From Dickeya solani IPO 2222 (GTDB taxonomy: Bacteria > Pseudomonadota > Gammaproteobacteria > Enterobacterales > Enterobacteriaceae): a stretch of 32,000 bases of DNA. Shown one piece after another: positions 25,547-32,000 of the stretch. Numbering within the stretch: the first letter of the stretch is position 1; every line of letters starts with the position of its first letter. The notes under the pieces were generated by a model. It did not search any database, was not told where the DNA came from, and saw nothing but the letters and a program-made list of their open reading frames with translations. The stretch is taken from positions 3,750,001 through 3,782,000 of the forward strand of contig NZ_CP015137.1 in assembly GCF_001644705.1 (NCBI RefSeq). Reading direction: 5' to 3'. Position numbers and translations under genes: made by a program.

Positions 25547-25939
25547 TTGATTAGTCATATTGACCACATTGTGCTGACCTGCGTGGATCTGGCGGTGACG
25601 CAGCGTTTTTACACCCAGGTGCTGCAACTGCGGCAGGAAACCTTCGGCAACGGCCGTATCGCGTTTTGCTTCGGGCAGCAGAAAATCAATGTCCACGTCA
25701 GGGGCGCGGAGTTTGCGCCGCATGCCCATCTGCCGGCGCCCGGCGCGCTGGATCTCTGTTTTATCGCCGGCGAACCGCTAACGCAGGTGATGGCGCATTT
25801 GCAGCGCTGCGGCTGGCCGATTATCGAGGGGCCGGTCGAGCGCACCGGCGCGACCGGGAAAATCCGTTCGGTTTACCTGCGCGACCCCGACCTGAACCTG
25901 ATCGAAATTGCGGAATATCTTCGTGATGACGTGGTGTGA
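25547..25939 (+). CDS. VOC (glyoxalase/bleomycin-resistance/dioxygenase) family protein
   Basis: The family-typical N-terminus ISHIDHIVLTCVDLAVTQRFYTQVL starts at TTG 25547, preceded by AGGAAAGG (25534-25541). This gives 130 aa. The ORF is open from 25475, but that extension overlaps the LysR promoter region. Confidence 0.78.
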   Translation: MISHIDHIVLTCVDLAVTQRFYTQVLQLRQETFGNGRIAFCFGQQKINVHVRGAEFAPHAHLPAPGALDLCFIAGEPLTQVMAHLQRCGWPIIEGPVERTGATGKIRSVYLRDPDLNLIEIAEYLRDDVV

Positions 25940-25974
25940 TCATTGAAGGCGTTTTTCATTCAACTCATTATTTC

Positions 25975-26170
25975 TATACCCTAAATAATTCGAGTTGCAG
26001 GACAACACGCTCGCGTGTTGAACAACGCAGTGCGTTGGCCCGACAGGGCAAGGCTCGTTAAGAGCCTTGTAACGCGGCAACCGAGCGAATCCCTGGGAGC
26101 TTACTCAAGTAAGTGACCGGGGTGAGTGAGGGCAGCCAACGCCCCTGCAACTTGAAGTATGACGGGTATA
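25975..26170 (+). repeat. ERIC (enterobacterial repetitive intergenic consensus) element, long form with central core
   Basis: It contains gcgaatccctgggagcttactcaagtaagtgaccggggtgagtgagg, which matches both halves of the ERIC core (GTGAATCCCCAGGAGCTTACAT / AAGTAAGTGACTGGGGTGAGCG). The right arm is gccaacgcccctgcaacttgaagtatgacgggtata. The ends are palindromic (tcgagttgcagg / cctgcaacttga). Confidence 0.85.
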
Positions 26171-26201
26171 AAAACGATATAACAGGATGTAGTGGCTGTT
26201 T

Positions 26202-26966
26202 ATGACCAGTTTGCTGATGACCAATGTGGTGTTGTGTTTGATTCTGGGGATGGGACTTGGGGTATGCGGCGGGATGCTGGGAATCGGCGGCGGGCTGATC
26301 GCCATTCCAGTGCTGGGGATGCTGTTTGGCATGAATCAGCACCTGGCACAGGGCACGGCGTTGATTATGATTACTCCGAACGTGCTGATCGGCTTTCTGC
26401 GTTACCGGCAGCGCAACAAGATCGACACCCGTATGACGCTGATGTTGTGCGCTTTCGCCACGGTGTCGGCCTATTTCGCCGCGCATATCGCCTCGGCCAT
26501 TCAGGTCGATAACTTGCAGCAGGCGTTTGCTATTTTCCTGCTGGTGCTGGCGACCTACTACATCTGGCAGTGGATCAACAGCCGGCGCAGCCGCACGCCG
26601 ACCTCGGTCTTATCAAAACGTTATCTGCCGGCGCTCGGCGTGGCGAGTGGCTTTATGTCCGGCATTTTTACCGTCGGCGGCGGGCTGGTGGTGGTGCCGG
26701 CGCTGGTGACGCTGTTCGGTTTCACCCAGACTCAGGCGCAGGGCATCGCGCTGGCGCTGGTGGTGCCCGGCGCGCTGGCGGCGCTGGTGTCTTACACCCA
26801 GGCCGGCAATGTGGATTGGTCGACCGGCATCCCGCTGGCGATCGGCGGTATTCTGAGCGTGTCGTGGGGCGTGGCGCTGGCGCACAAACTGCCGGTGGTC
26901 GCGTTGCGGCTGGCGTTCTGTCTGGTGTTGGTGGGCGTGGCGGTGGTGATGCTGGTGGCGAAATAA
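26202..26966 (+). CDS. TauE/SafE (TSUP, DUF81) family membrane transporter
   Basis: Length 254 aa and highly hydrophobic. Duplicated Gly-rich motifs GMLGIGGGLIAIPVL and GIFTVGGGLVVVPAL are typical of TSUP proteins. Confidence 0.85.
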   Translation: MTSLLMTNVVLCLILGMGLGVCGGMLGIGGGLIAIPVLGMLFGMNQHLAQGTALIMITPNVLIGFLRYRQRNKIDTRMTLMLCAFATVSAYFAAHIASAIQVDNLQQAFAIFLLVLATYYIWQWINSRRSRTPTSVLSKRYLPALGVASGFMSGIFTVGGGLVVVPALVTLFGFTQTQAQGIALALVVPGALAALVSYTQAGNVDWSTGIPLAIGGILSVSWGVALAHKLPVVALRLAFCLVLVGVAVVMLVAK

Positions 26967-26986
26967 CCTGTCGTAACCGCGGCTTG

Positions 26987-27008
26987 ACGGGTGGCGCGGT
27001 CCACCCGT
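26987..27008 (+). terminator. Hairpin downstream of the TSUP gene (possible terminator)
   Basis: ACGGGTGG-CGCGGT-CCACCCGT is a perfect 8-bp stem 20 nt after the stop. The T-tract is weak (tgccgtt). Confidence 0.4.
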
Positions 27009-27063
27009 TGCCGTTACAATCCGGTCATCGATCAACCTACGGATAATAATAAGGAGGACCATC

Positions 27064-27147
27064 ATGCTGCACTGTGAAATGTTTAACACTTCACATACTC
27101 TTGGCGATCGCCGCTGCTCAAGCGTTATCGATATCGTGCTGCGATAA
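27064..27147 (+). CDS. Candidate 27-codon leader ORF (MLHCEMFNTSHTLGDRRCSSVIDIVLR) upstream of the ABC-F gene
   Basis: Consensus SD AAGGAGG (27051-27057), a 6-nt spacer, ATG 27064 and stop TAA 27145-27147. I recognise no homology, so support rests on initiation signals and position only. Confidence 0.35.
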   Translation: MLHCEMFNTSHTLGDRRCSSVIDIVLR

Positions 27148-27159
27148 CGGTGGCTTGAG
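27117..27159 (+). promoter_or_regulatory. Extended hairpin enclosing the 3' end and stop codon of the leader ORF
   Basis: CTCAAGCGTTATCG (27117-27130) pairs with CGATAAC (27142-27148) and GCTTGAG (27153-27159). This gives 14 bp with a 4-nt bulge and an 11-nt loop. A second copy of CTTGAG (27245-27250) lies over the weak SD region of the ABC-F gene. Confidence 0.4.
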
Positions 27160-27256
27160 CGAAGCAAACCTCATTTCTCCTTCTCTCGGGCTTACCGGGT
27201 TATCGTCAGCGGTGTGTTGACGAGGCACAGTTGTGCCTGTAACTCTTGAGTAAGCA

Positions 27257-28981
27257 ATGAGCACTTTACTGACTGTACACTCCCTGAGTGTGGATACCCC
27301 TTTCGGCCCTCTGCTGAACGACATTTCTTTTACCCTGAATAAAGGCGACCGCCTCGGTCTTATCGGCCATAACGGCTGCGGCAAGAGCACGCTGCTGAAG
27401 CTGCTGGACGGCACGCTGACGCCGGCTCGCGGCAGCGTGACCCAGGCCCATCACTGCCTGCTGGCGCGCGTCGAACAGCATCTGCCGGCGGATCTGCATC
27501 CGCTGACGATGCTGGAGGCGGTGCTGGCCCGTCTGCCCGAGGCTGAACGCGCCGGCGAGCGCTGGCGGGCGGAAGCCCTGCTGGCGGAGATGGGATTCGG
27601 CGAACGAGACTGGCTGCTTTGTGCCGGCACCCTGAGCGGCGGCCAGCACACCCGGCTGCTGCTGGCGCGGGCGCTTGTCACCTCGCCGGATCTGCTATTG
27701 CTGGACGAGCCGAGCAACCATCTGGACTTGCCGACGCTGCTGTGGCTGGAGCAGTTCCTGCAACGCTGGAGCGGCAGCTTTGTGCTGGTGTCCCACGACA
27801 GCCAGTTGCTGGATAACGTCACCAACGGCAGCTATATCCTGCGCGACCAGCAACTGCATTACTTTGCGCTGCCCTGTAGCGCCGCCCGTACGGCGCTGGC
27901 GGAGCGCGATCGCAGCGATGCGTTGCGCCGTAAAGCGGAACAAAAGGAAATCGACCGCGTTACCGCCAGCGCCAAACGGCTGGCCATCTGGGGCAAGGTC
28001 TACGATAACGAAGATCTGGCGCGCAAGGCCAAGCAGATGGAAAAGCACATCGAACGGCTGAAGGACGACCAAACCGAGCTGACCGCCGGCAGCCAGTGGC
28101 GGCTGGCGCTGCATGGCGACGCGCTGGCCGCCGATCGGCTGCTGGAAATGACGGCGCTGGCGGTGAGCCCGGCGCCGGCGTGTCCGCCGCTGTTTACCCT
28201 GCCGTTACAGCGGGTGAAAAGCGGCGACCGGGTGGCGATTATCGGCCGCAACGGCTGTGGTAAGTCATCGTTGCTGCGCCTGTTGTGGCGGCAGTATCAA
28301 CATCCGGCGACGGACCCGTCGATTCGCCTGCACCCGCGCGTTCGGTTGGGGTATTACGACCAGACGCTGCATCAACTGCGTGACGACGATACGCTGTTTG
28401 ATGCACTGGCGCCGTTCGCGCCGCCGGCGCAGGACCGCAAGATGGCGCTGATCAGCGCCGGATTTCCGTGGTCGCGTCATCAGCAGACGGTCGCTACCCT
28501 GAGCGGCGGCGAACGCGCCCGGCTGCTGTTTGTCGGGCTGTCGCTGGCGCGCTACGGATTGTTGATGCTGGACGAGCCAACCAACCATCTGGACATGGAG
28601 GGCAAAGAAGCGCTGGCCGATACGCTGCAAACCTTTGGCGGCGGCGTGCTGCTGGTGACGCACGACCGGGCGCTGATCAGCCACAGTTGCAACCGCTTCT
28701 GGCTGGTTGAGCACGGGGTGTTGAGCGAGTGGCACGATCTGGATCAGGTCTATCAACGGCTGAGCGAACCAGCCGGCGAACCGACGGCGCACGCGGCGCC
28801 GCCGTTAGCGGCGGCATCGGATCATGTCGATGAAGCCGACGTGCTGCTGGCGCAACTGGTTGAGTTGGAACACCGGCTGGCCGAGGATCTGGCGCGTAAA
28901 GAGAAGCACCAGAAACCGGCGTTGCAGGCGCAGTGGCGGGAACAGATCGCCCGCCTCAACGCCCTGCTGGGGCTGGAGTAA
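27257..28981 (+). CDS. ABC-F family ATPase (two ABC cassettes, no membrane domain)
   Basis: Cassette 1: GHNGCGKST, LSGGQHTRLLLA, LLLLDEPSNHLD. Cassette 2: GRNGCGKSS, LSGGERARLLF, LLMLDEPTNHLD. The inter-cassette linker is charged and the C-terminal tail looks coiled-coil-like. Length 574 aa. Confidence 0.93.
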   Translation: MSTLLTVHSLSVDTPFGPLLNDISFTLNKGDRLGLIGHNGCGKSTLLKLLDGTLTPARGSVTQAHHCLLARVEQHLPADLHPLTMLEAVLARLPEAERAGERWRAEALLAEMGFGERDWLLCAGTLSGGQHTRLLLARALVTSPDLLLLDEPSNHLDLPTLLWLEQFLQRWSGSFVLVSHDSQLLDNVTNGSYILRDQQLHYFALPCSAARTALAERDRSDALRRKAEQKEIDRVTASAKRLAIWGKVYDNEDLARKAKQMEKHIERLKDDQTELTAGSQWRLALHGDALAADRLLEMTALAVSPAPACPPLFTLPLQRVKSGDRVAIIGRNGCGKSSLLRLLWRQYQHPATDPSIRLHPRVRLGYYDQTLHQLRDDDTLFDALAPFAPPAQDRKMALISAGFPWSRHQQTVATLSGGERARLLFVGLSLARYGLLMLDEPTNHLDMEGKEALADTLQTFGGGVLLVTHDRALISHSCNRFWLVEHGVLSEWHDLDQVYQRLSEPAGEPTAHAAPPLAAASDHVDEADVLLAQLVELEHRLAEDLARKEKHQKPALQAQWREQIARLNALLGLE

Positions 28982-28987
28982 ATCAAA

Positions 28988-29036
28988 CCCCATGAATATC
29001 ATGGGGTCCCCAGACGGTCAGGACTGACCGTCTGGG
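28988..29036 (+). terminator. Two tandem perfect hairpins immediately after the ABC-F stop
   Basis: CCCCATGA-ATA-TCATGGGG (28988-29006) and CCCAGACGGTCAG-GA-CTGACCGTCTGGG (29009-29036). No long T-run follows. Confidence 0.55.
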
Positions 29037-29129
29037 ATTAACATAATGTAATGCGCCGTATTACAGAGTTTGAACGATCATGCTCAGATTATTAAATAGT
29101 ATCTGGCGCGGTTATTCTTTCCTGATGCT

Positions 29130-29268
29130 TATACCCGTCATACTTCAAGTTGCAGGCGTGTTGGTTTTATTACTCGGCCCATCCATGGGCCTTGCCCTGT
29201 CGGACCAACGCGTTGCGTTGTTCAACACACGAGCGTGTTGCCCTGCAACTCGAATTATTTTGGGTATA
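29130..29268 (-). repeat. ERIC-family element, short form lacking the central core, inverted relative to the copy at 25975
   Basis: Its reverse complement aligns with copy 1 in two stretches. The first is ~80 nt of the left arm (tataccc.aaataattcgagttgcagg.caacacgctcg.gtgttgaacaacgca..gcgttgg.ccgacagggcaaggc) with 6 mismatches. The second is the last 26 nt (ctgcaacttgaagtatgacgggtata), which are identical. The central core is replaced by ccatggatgggccgagtaataaaaccaacacgc. Confidence 0.8.
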
Positions 29269-29299
29269 TACCCTTATGGTTTTTCTCCCGGGAGAGAAA

Positions 29300-30319
29300 A
29301 TGAATTTCACTCATGAGATCCTTAATGTCATTCACAGTACACCAGAATCACGAATCTCACTGGCGCAGAAACTCCAGGTAACCCGGCCTTATATCACCAA
29401 GCTCACCGCTGCTTTGCTGAATAAAGGGGTGATTGAGGAAACGGAGCAAAAAGATTCGCCGGTTGGCCGCCCAAGAACCATTCTGGCGGTAAAAAAAAGC
29501 ATGTTTTTCAGCGTGAACGTCATGGTCAGACAATATACGCTGGAAGCGATGCTCAATGACTATAATACGACGGAAAAAACCAGCGCCACCGCCATGTTCA
29601 CGTTTAATGGCCCGGTCAGTCCCGACGCTTTCGCCGCAAAAGTAAACGAGCTGATTAACCTGCTGTGTCAGCATGCTGGCGTGGCGCGCCAAAAAGTCAT
29701 TCACACCGGCGTGGCGTTACAGGGCGGCATAGAGCAGTTCACCGGGGTGGTAAGGTGGTGCCCGGCACTGAACGAACAACACGTTCGATTGAAAGACCGC
29801 TTGCTTTCGGCCTGCAATACCGGCGTTTCGGTCGTCAATATTGCTTGGTGCTCGTGCTATATGCTTAATAAGGCACTGATGCTAAAAGAGTCCTGGTTGG
29901 CTTTTTTGCCGGGGTTCGGCAGCCTGGGATTCGGTTATTTTATTAACGGGAATCCGGTATTGGGTGATAACGGGTTTTATCCTGAAATTGTGCATCTCCC
30001 TTATAGCGGCGGGCTGGAAAATGCCTTCGTTATTGATCCGCTATTTCCTGAGGAGTCAGCGGCCAGAGCCGTGGACGCCCTTTTTTTCGCTATCCGATGC
30101 ACGGCTCCGCTCCATAATATTAAACAGGTGTTGCTGGCTGGCGAGTTTTTTGATGAAGCGCCCGACTGGGTGATTCCCCGGACAGAACAGCTGCTTTCAC
30201 ACCATGACAGCGAACATATCAATACCATTCGGATTACGTTCCTCAAACTGCCTTGCAAGCAGAGTATGACCGGTCTTATCCGGCTGAGCTCTGATGCCAT
30301 TACCGCATTAATTGCGTAA
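29300..30319 (+). CDS. ROK-like (NagC/Mlc-type) transcriptional regulator, divergent
   Basis: The start is placed at ATG 29300 (GGGAGAG SD at 29290-29296). The first 50 codons of ORF 29150..30319 read through the ERIC repeat. N-terminal winged HTH ISLAQKLQVTRPYITKLTAALLNKGVIEE is followed by SPVGRPRTIL and a sugar-kinase-like body. The canonical ROK Cys/Gly signatures are not obvious. The gene is visibly more AT-rich than its neighbours. Confidence 0.55.
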   Translation: MNFTHEILNVIHSTPESRISLAQKLQVTRPYITKLTAALLNKGVIEETEQKDSPVGRPRTILAVKKSMFFSVNVMVRQYTLEAMLNDYNTTEKTSATAMFTFNGPVSPDAFAAKVNELINLLCQHAGVARQKVIHTGVALQGGIEQFTGVVRWCPALNEQHVRLKDRLLSACNTGVSVVNIAWCSCYMLNKALMLKESWLAFLPGFGSLGFGYFINGNPVLGDNGFYPEIVHLPYSGGLENAFVIDPLFPEESAARAVDALFFAIRCTAPLHNIKQVLLAGEFFDEAPDWVIPRTEQLLSHHDSEHINTIRITFLKLPCKQSMTGLIRLSSDAITALIA

Positions 30320-30336
30320 ACCGTCTTCGGTAGTCC

Positions 30337-30389
30337 ATGTTTTGTGATTAGCGCATCAGAACGAAACATCCCACTTTTACTTTGTTTCC
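30337..30389 (+). terminator. AU-rich hairpin plus T-rich tract after the ROK-like gene
   Basis: ATGTTTTGT (30337-30345) pairs with ACGAAACAT (30361-30369), giving 9 bp with one G-U pair. It is followed by cccacttttactttgtttcc. Confidence 0.35.
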
Positions 30390-30464
30390 TTGGTTAACTA
30401 ATGTGGTCGGCAGGGGGTGTCCTTTCGGACACTCAGTCGTGAGTCAAACAGGGATAAGGGAAAA

Positions 30465-32000
30465 ATGGGCAATAACAACAAGCATGATGCAGTGGGGCGT
30501 TTCCTTCTGGCGGTTCCCCTCCTGCTGGGAGGACTCAACCCGGCAACCGCTCTTGCGGATGCCACCTTGCAGAGCATGGCAGGGAAAACCGTCCCCTGGC
30601 AGGACCGGCCGCGCGTTTTCGTTTTGTCAGATATCGGCAATGAGCCCGATGATCAAATGTCGCTCACCCGTTTTTTGCTGTATAGCAACGAGCTGAACAT
30701 TGAGGGCATGGTGGCGACGACCTCGACCTGGCAGAAGAAAACCGTGCGTCCGGACATGATGGCGCGAGTACTCAGTCACTACGCGGAAGTCCAGCCAAAC
30801 CTGCTGAAACACGATGCGCGTTATCCCGCCGCTGCTTCGCTTAAAGCCCTTATCGCTTCCGGGCAATCAGCTTACGGGATGGGCGATGTCGGTCCGGGTA
30901 AAGCATCAACAGGGGCCGTTCTTCTGCTTAATGCGATTGAGCGGTCAACCGACGGCAACCGGCCGCTTTACATCAACCTCTGGGGCGGGGCCAACACGCT
31001 TGCTCAGGCGCTGACCGATTTATCGCGGAAATATCCGGCTGACAAGGTGAACGCTCTGACCCGTAACCTCATTGTTTACGCCATTTCCGATCAGGATGAT
31101 GCCGGGTACTGGGTACGCCAGCACTATCCCGAGATAACCTATATTGTTGATCCCTCAAGTCAGAACGGCGAGGACTATGCGCGCGCCACCTGGACGGGGA
31201 TCAGTGGCGACAAATATTACCGTAATGCCCCCGGCGCTGATTTCTCTACCGTCTCGCAGTCCTGGCTGGATGACAATATCCGCAAGAAAGGTCCCTTGGG
31301 TAAAGGGTACCTGCGGTATGACTTTATTATGGAGGGGGATACGCCGGCCTTCCTCGGGTTGATCCGTAACGGCCTTGCCAGTGAGATGAACCCTGGATGG
31401 GGGGGATGGGGAGGTCGTTATATTCTTCGCGTGCCCCAGAATGAGACGCGGCCGATCTGGAGCAGCGGCGGTGATTTTTTCCCTGGCAGCCCGAATGCGG
31501 CCGATACCGTCATCGGCATGGACGGCAGGCAATACACTTCGAATCAGGCCACCATCTGGCGGTGGCGCACCGCTTTTCAGCATGACTTCGCCGCGCGCAT
31601 GGACTGGAGCATTAAAGACTACGCTCAGGCTAACCACAATCCGGTGGTGGTGGTAAACGGGTCGCAGGGTAAGCAGCCAATTTCAGTGAAAGCCAAAGTG
31701 GGCGAGACGATTAAACTGAGTGCGGCGGGGTCGCGCGATCCCGACGGCGACACACTCAGCTACCAATGGATCTTTTACCCTGAAGCGTCGTCCGCCGTTT
31801 CGACGCCGGTGAATATCGGGGACGTCAGAGGAACGCGAGGCGAGGATTATCTGACTTACCCGGCGGTGCTATCGCTGAGCAACGCCGATCGGATAACGGC
31901 AGAGGTGAAGATCAACCATCCGGGTACGGCGCACATTATTCTGGCCGTGACGGATTCAGGCACGCCCGCGCTGACTTCCTACCGCAGGGTCATGGTGGTT
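30465..32000 (+). CDS. Secreted DUF1593 / nucleoside-hydrolase-like (Sde182-type) domain protein, 3'-truncated by the window edge
   Basis: This ORF is not in the supplied track because it has no stop in the window. ATG 30465 (AAGGG 4 nt upstream) opens 512 stop-free codons running to nt 32000. Signal peptide MGNNNKHDAVGRFLLAVPLLLGGLNPATALA. Hallmark PRVFVLSDIGNEPDDQMSLTRFLLYSNELNIEGMVATTS. The later segment NHNPVVVVNG...SRDPDGDTLSYQWIFYPEA is typical of the family's C-terminal Ig-like domain. Confidence 0.8.
   Translation, partial: MGNNNKHDAVGRFLLAVPLLLGGLNPATALADATLQSMAGKTVPWQDRPRVFVLSDIGNEPDDQMSLTRFLLYSNELNIEGMVATTSTWQKKTVRPDMMARVLSHYAEVQPNLLKHDARYPAAASLKALIASGQSAYGMGDVGPGKASTGAVLLLNAIERSTDGNRPLYINLWGGANTLAQALTDLSRKYPADKVNALTRNLIVYAISDQDDAGYWVRQHYPEITYIVDPSSQNGEDYARATWTGISGDKYYRNAPGADFSTVSQSWLDDNIRKKGPLGKGYLRYDFIMEGDTPAFLGLIRNGLASEMNPGWGGWGGRYILRVPQNETRPIWSSGGDFFPGSPNAADTVIGMDGRQYTSNQATIWRWRTAFQHDFAARMDWSIKDYAQANHNPVVVVNGSQGKQPISVKAKVGETIKLSAAGSRDPDGDTLSYQWIFYPEASSAVSTPVNIGDVRGTRGEDYLTYPAVLSLSNADRITAEVKINHPGTAHIILAVTDSGTPALTSYRRVMVV

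Noticed and set aside
26058-26486. A 142-aa minus-strand ORF
   Set aside because: It starts antisense to the TSUP membrane-protein gene and runs into the ERIC element. It has no signals or motifs.
29047-29065. The palindrome TGTAAT-N7-ATTACA considered as a CRP-like or ROK operator
   Set aside because: The spacing does not fit the CRP consensus (TGTGA-N6-TCACA). It lies ~235 bp and one ERIC element away from the nearest start codon. Nothing supports it beyond a 6-bp AT-rich dyad.
29080-29316. The 78-aa ORF and the N-terminal 50 codons of ORF 29150..30319
   Set aside because: Both read through the ERIC-family repeat (29130-29268). A good SD plus ATG at 29300 precedes the recognisable HTH of the regulator.
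30382-31637. ORFs 30382..30696 (+), 30627..30866 (-), 31155..31637 (-) and other short ORFs at the right end
   Set aside because: All overlap the 512-codon DUF1593 frame (30465 onward), which has a signal peptide and family hallmarks. The alternatives have none.

Overview
GC-rich enterobacterial chromosome (Dickeya/Serratia-like; two ERIC repeats present). Taxon and locus identity are inferred from architecture and motifs only, since no database search was possible. Nt 1-14592 is the 3' end of a hybrid NRPS-PKS antibiotic cluster. It holds a 5'-truncated NRPS (A-T-C-A-T), a one-module PKS (KS-AT-KR-carrier), a free-standing condensation-domain protein, an ABC-2 exporter pair and a convergent membrane-anchored serine hydrolase. 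No thioesterase is present. This order matches my recollection of the published zeamine clusters (Serratia plymuthica zmn16-22, Dickeya zeae zms). Nt 14878-21357 holds an RND pump (membrane-fusion protein plus permease, no outer-membrane gene), positioned like DesAB of D. zeae. A two-component system is transcribed divergently from it; its kinase has a ~20-residue external loop and a C-terminal tail encoded by seven 15-bp tandem repeats. The remainder is ordinary accessory/housekeeping DNA. It contains a LysR regulator divergent from an RraA-family gene, an internally deleted aminotransferase pseudogene and an alpha/beta hydrolase; a second LysR divergent from a VOC/glyoxalase gene; a TauE/SafE (TSUP) membrane protein; and an ABC-F ATPase preceded by a strongly initiated 27-codon small ORF (sORF). 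It ends with a ROK-like regulator and a secreted DUF1593 protein that runs off the right edge and is absent from the ORF track. Most long ORF-track entries antisense to these genes are GC-driven artefacts. I found no CRISPR array, tRNA/rRNA gene, transposase or recognisable phage-defence genes.
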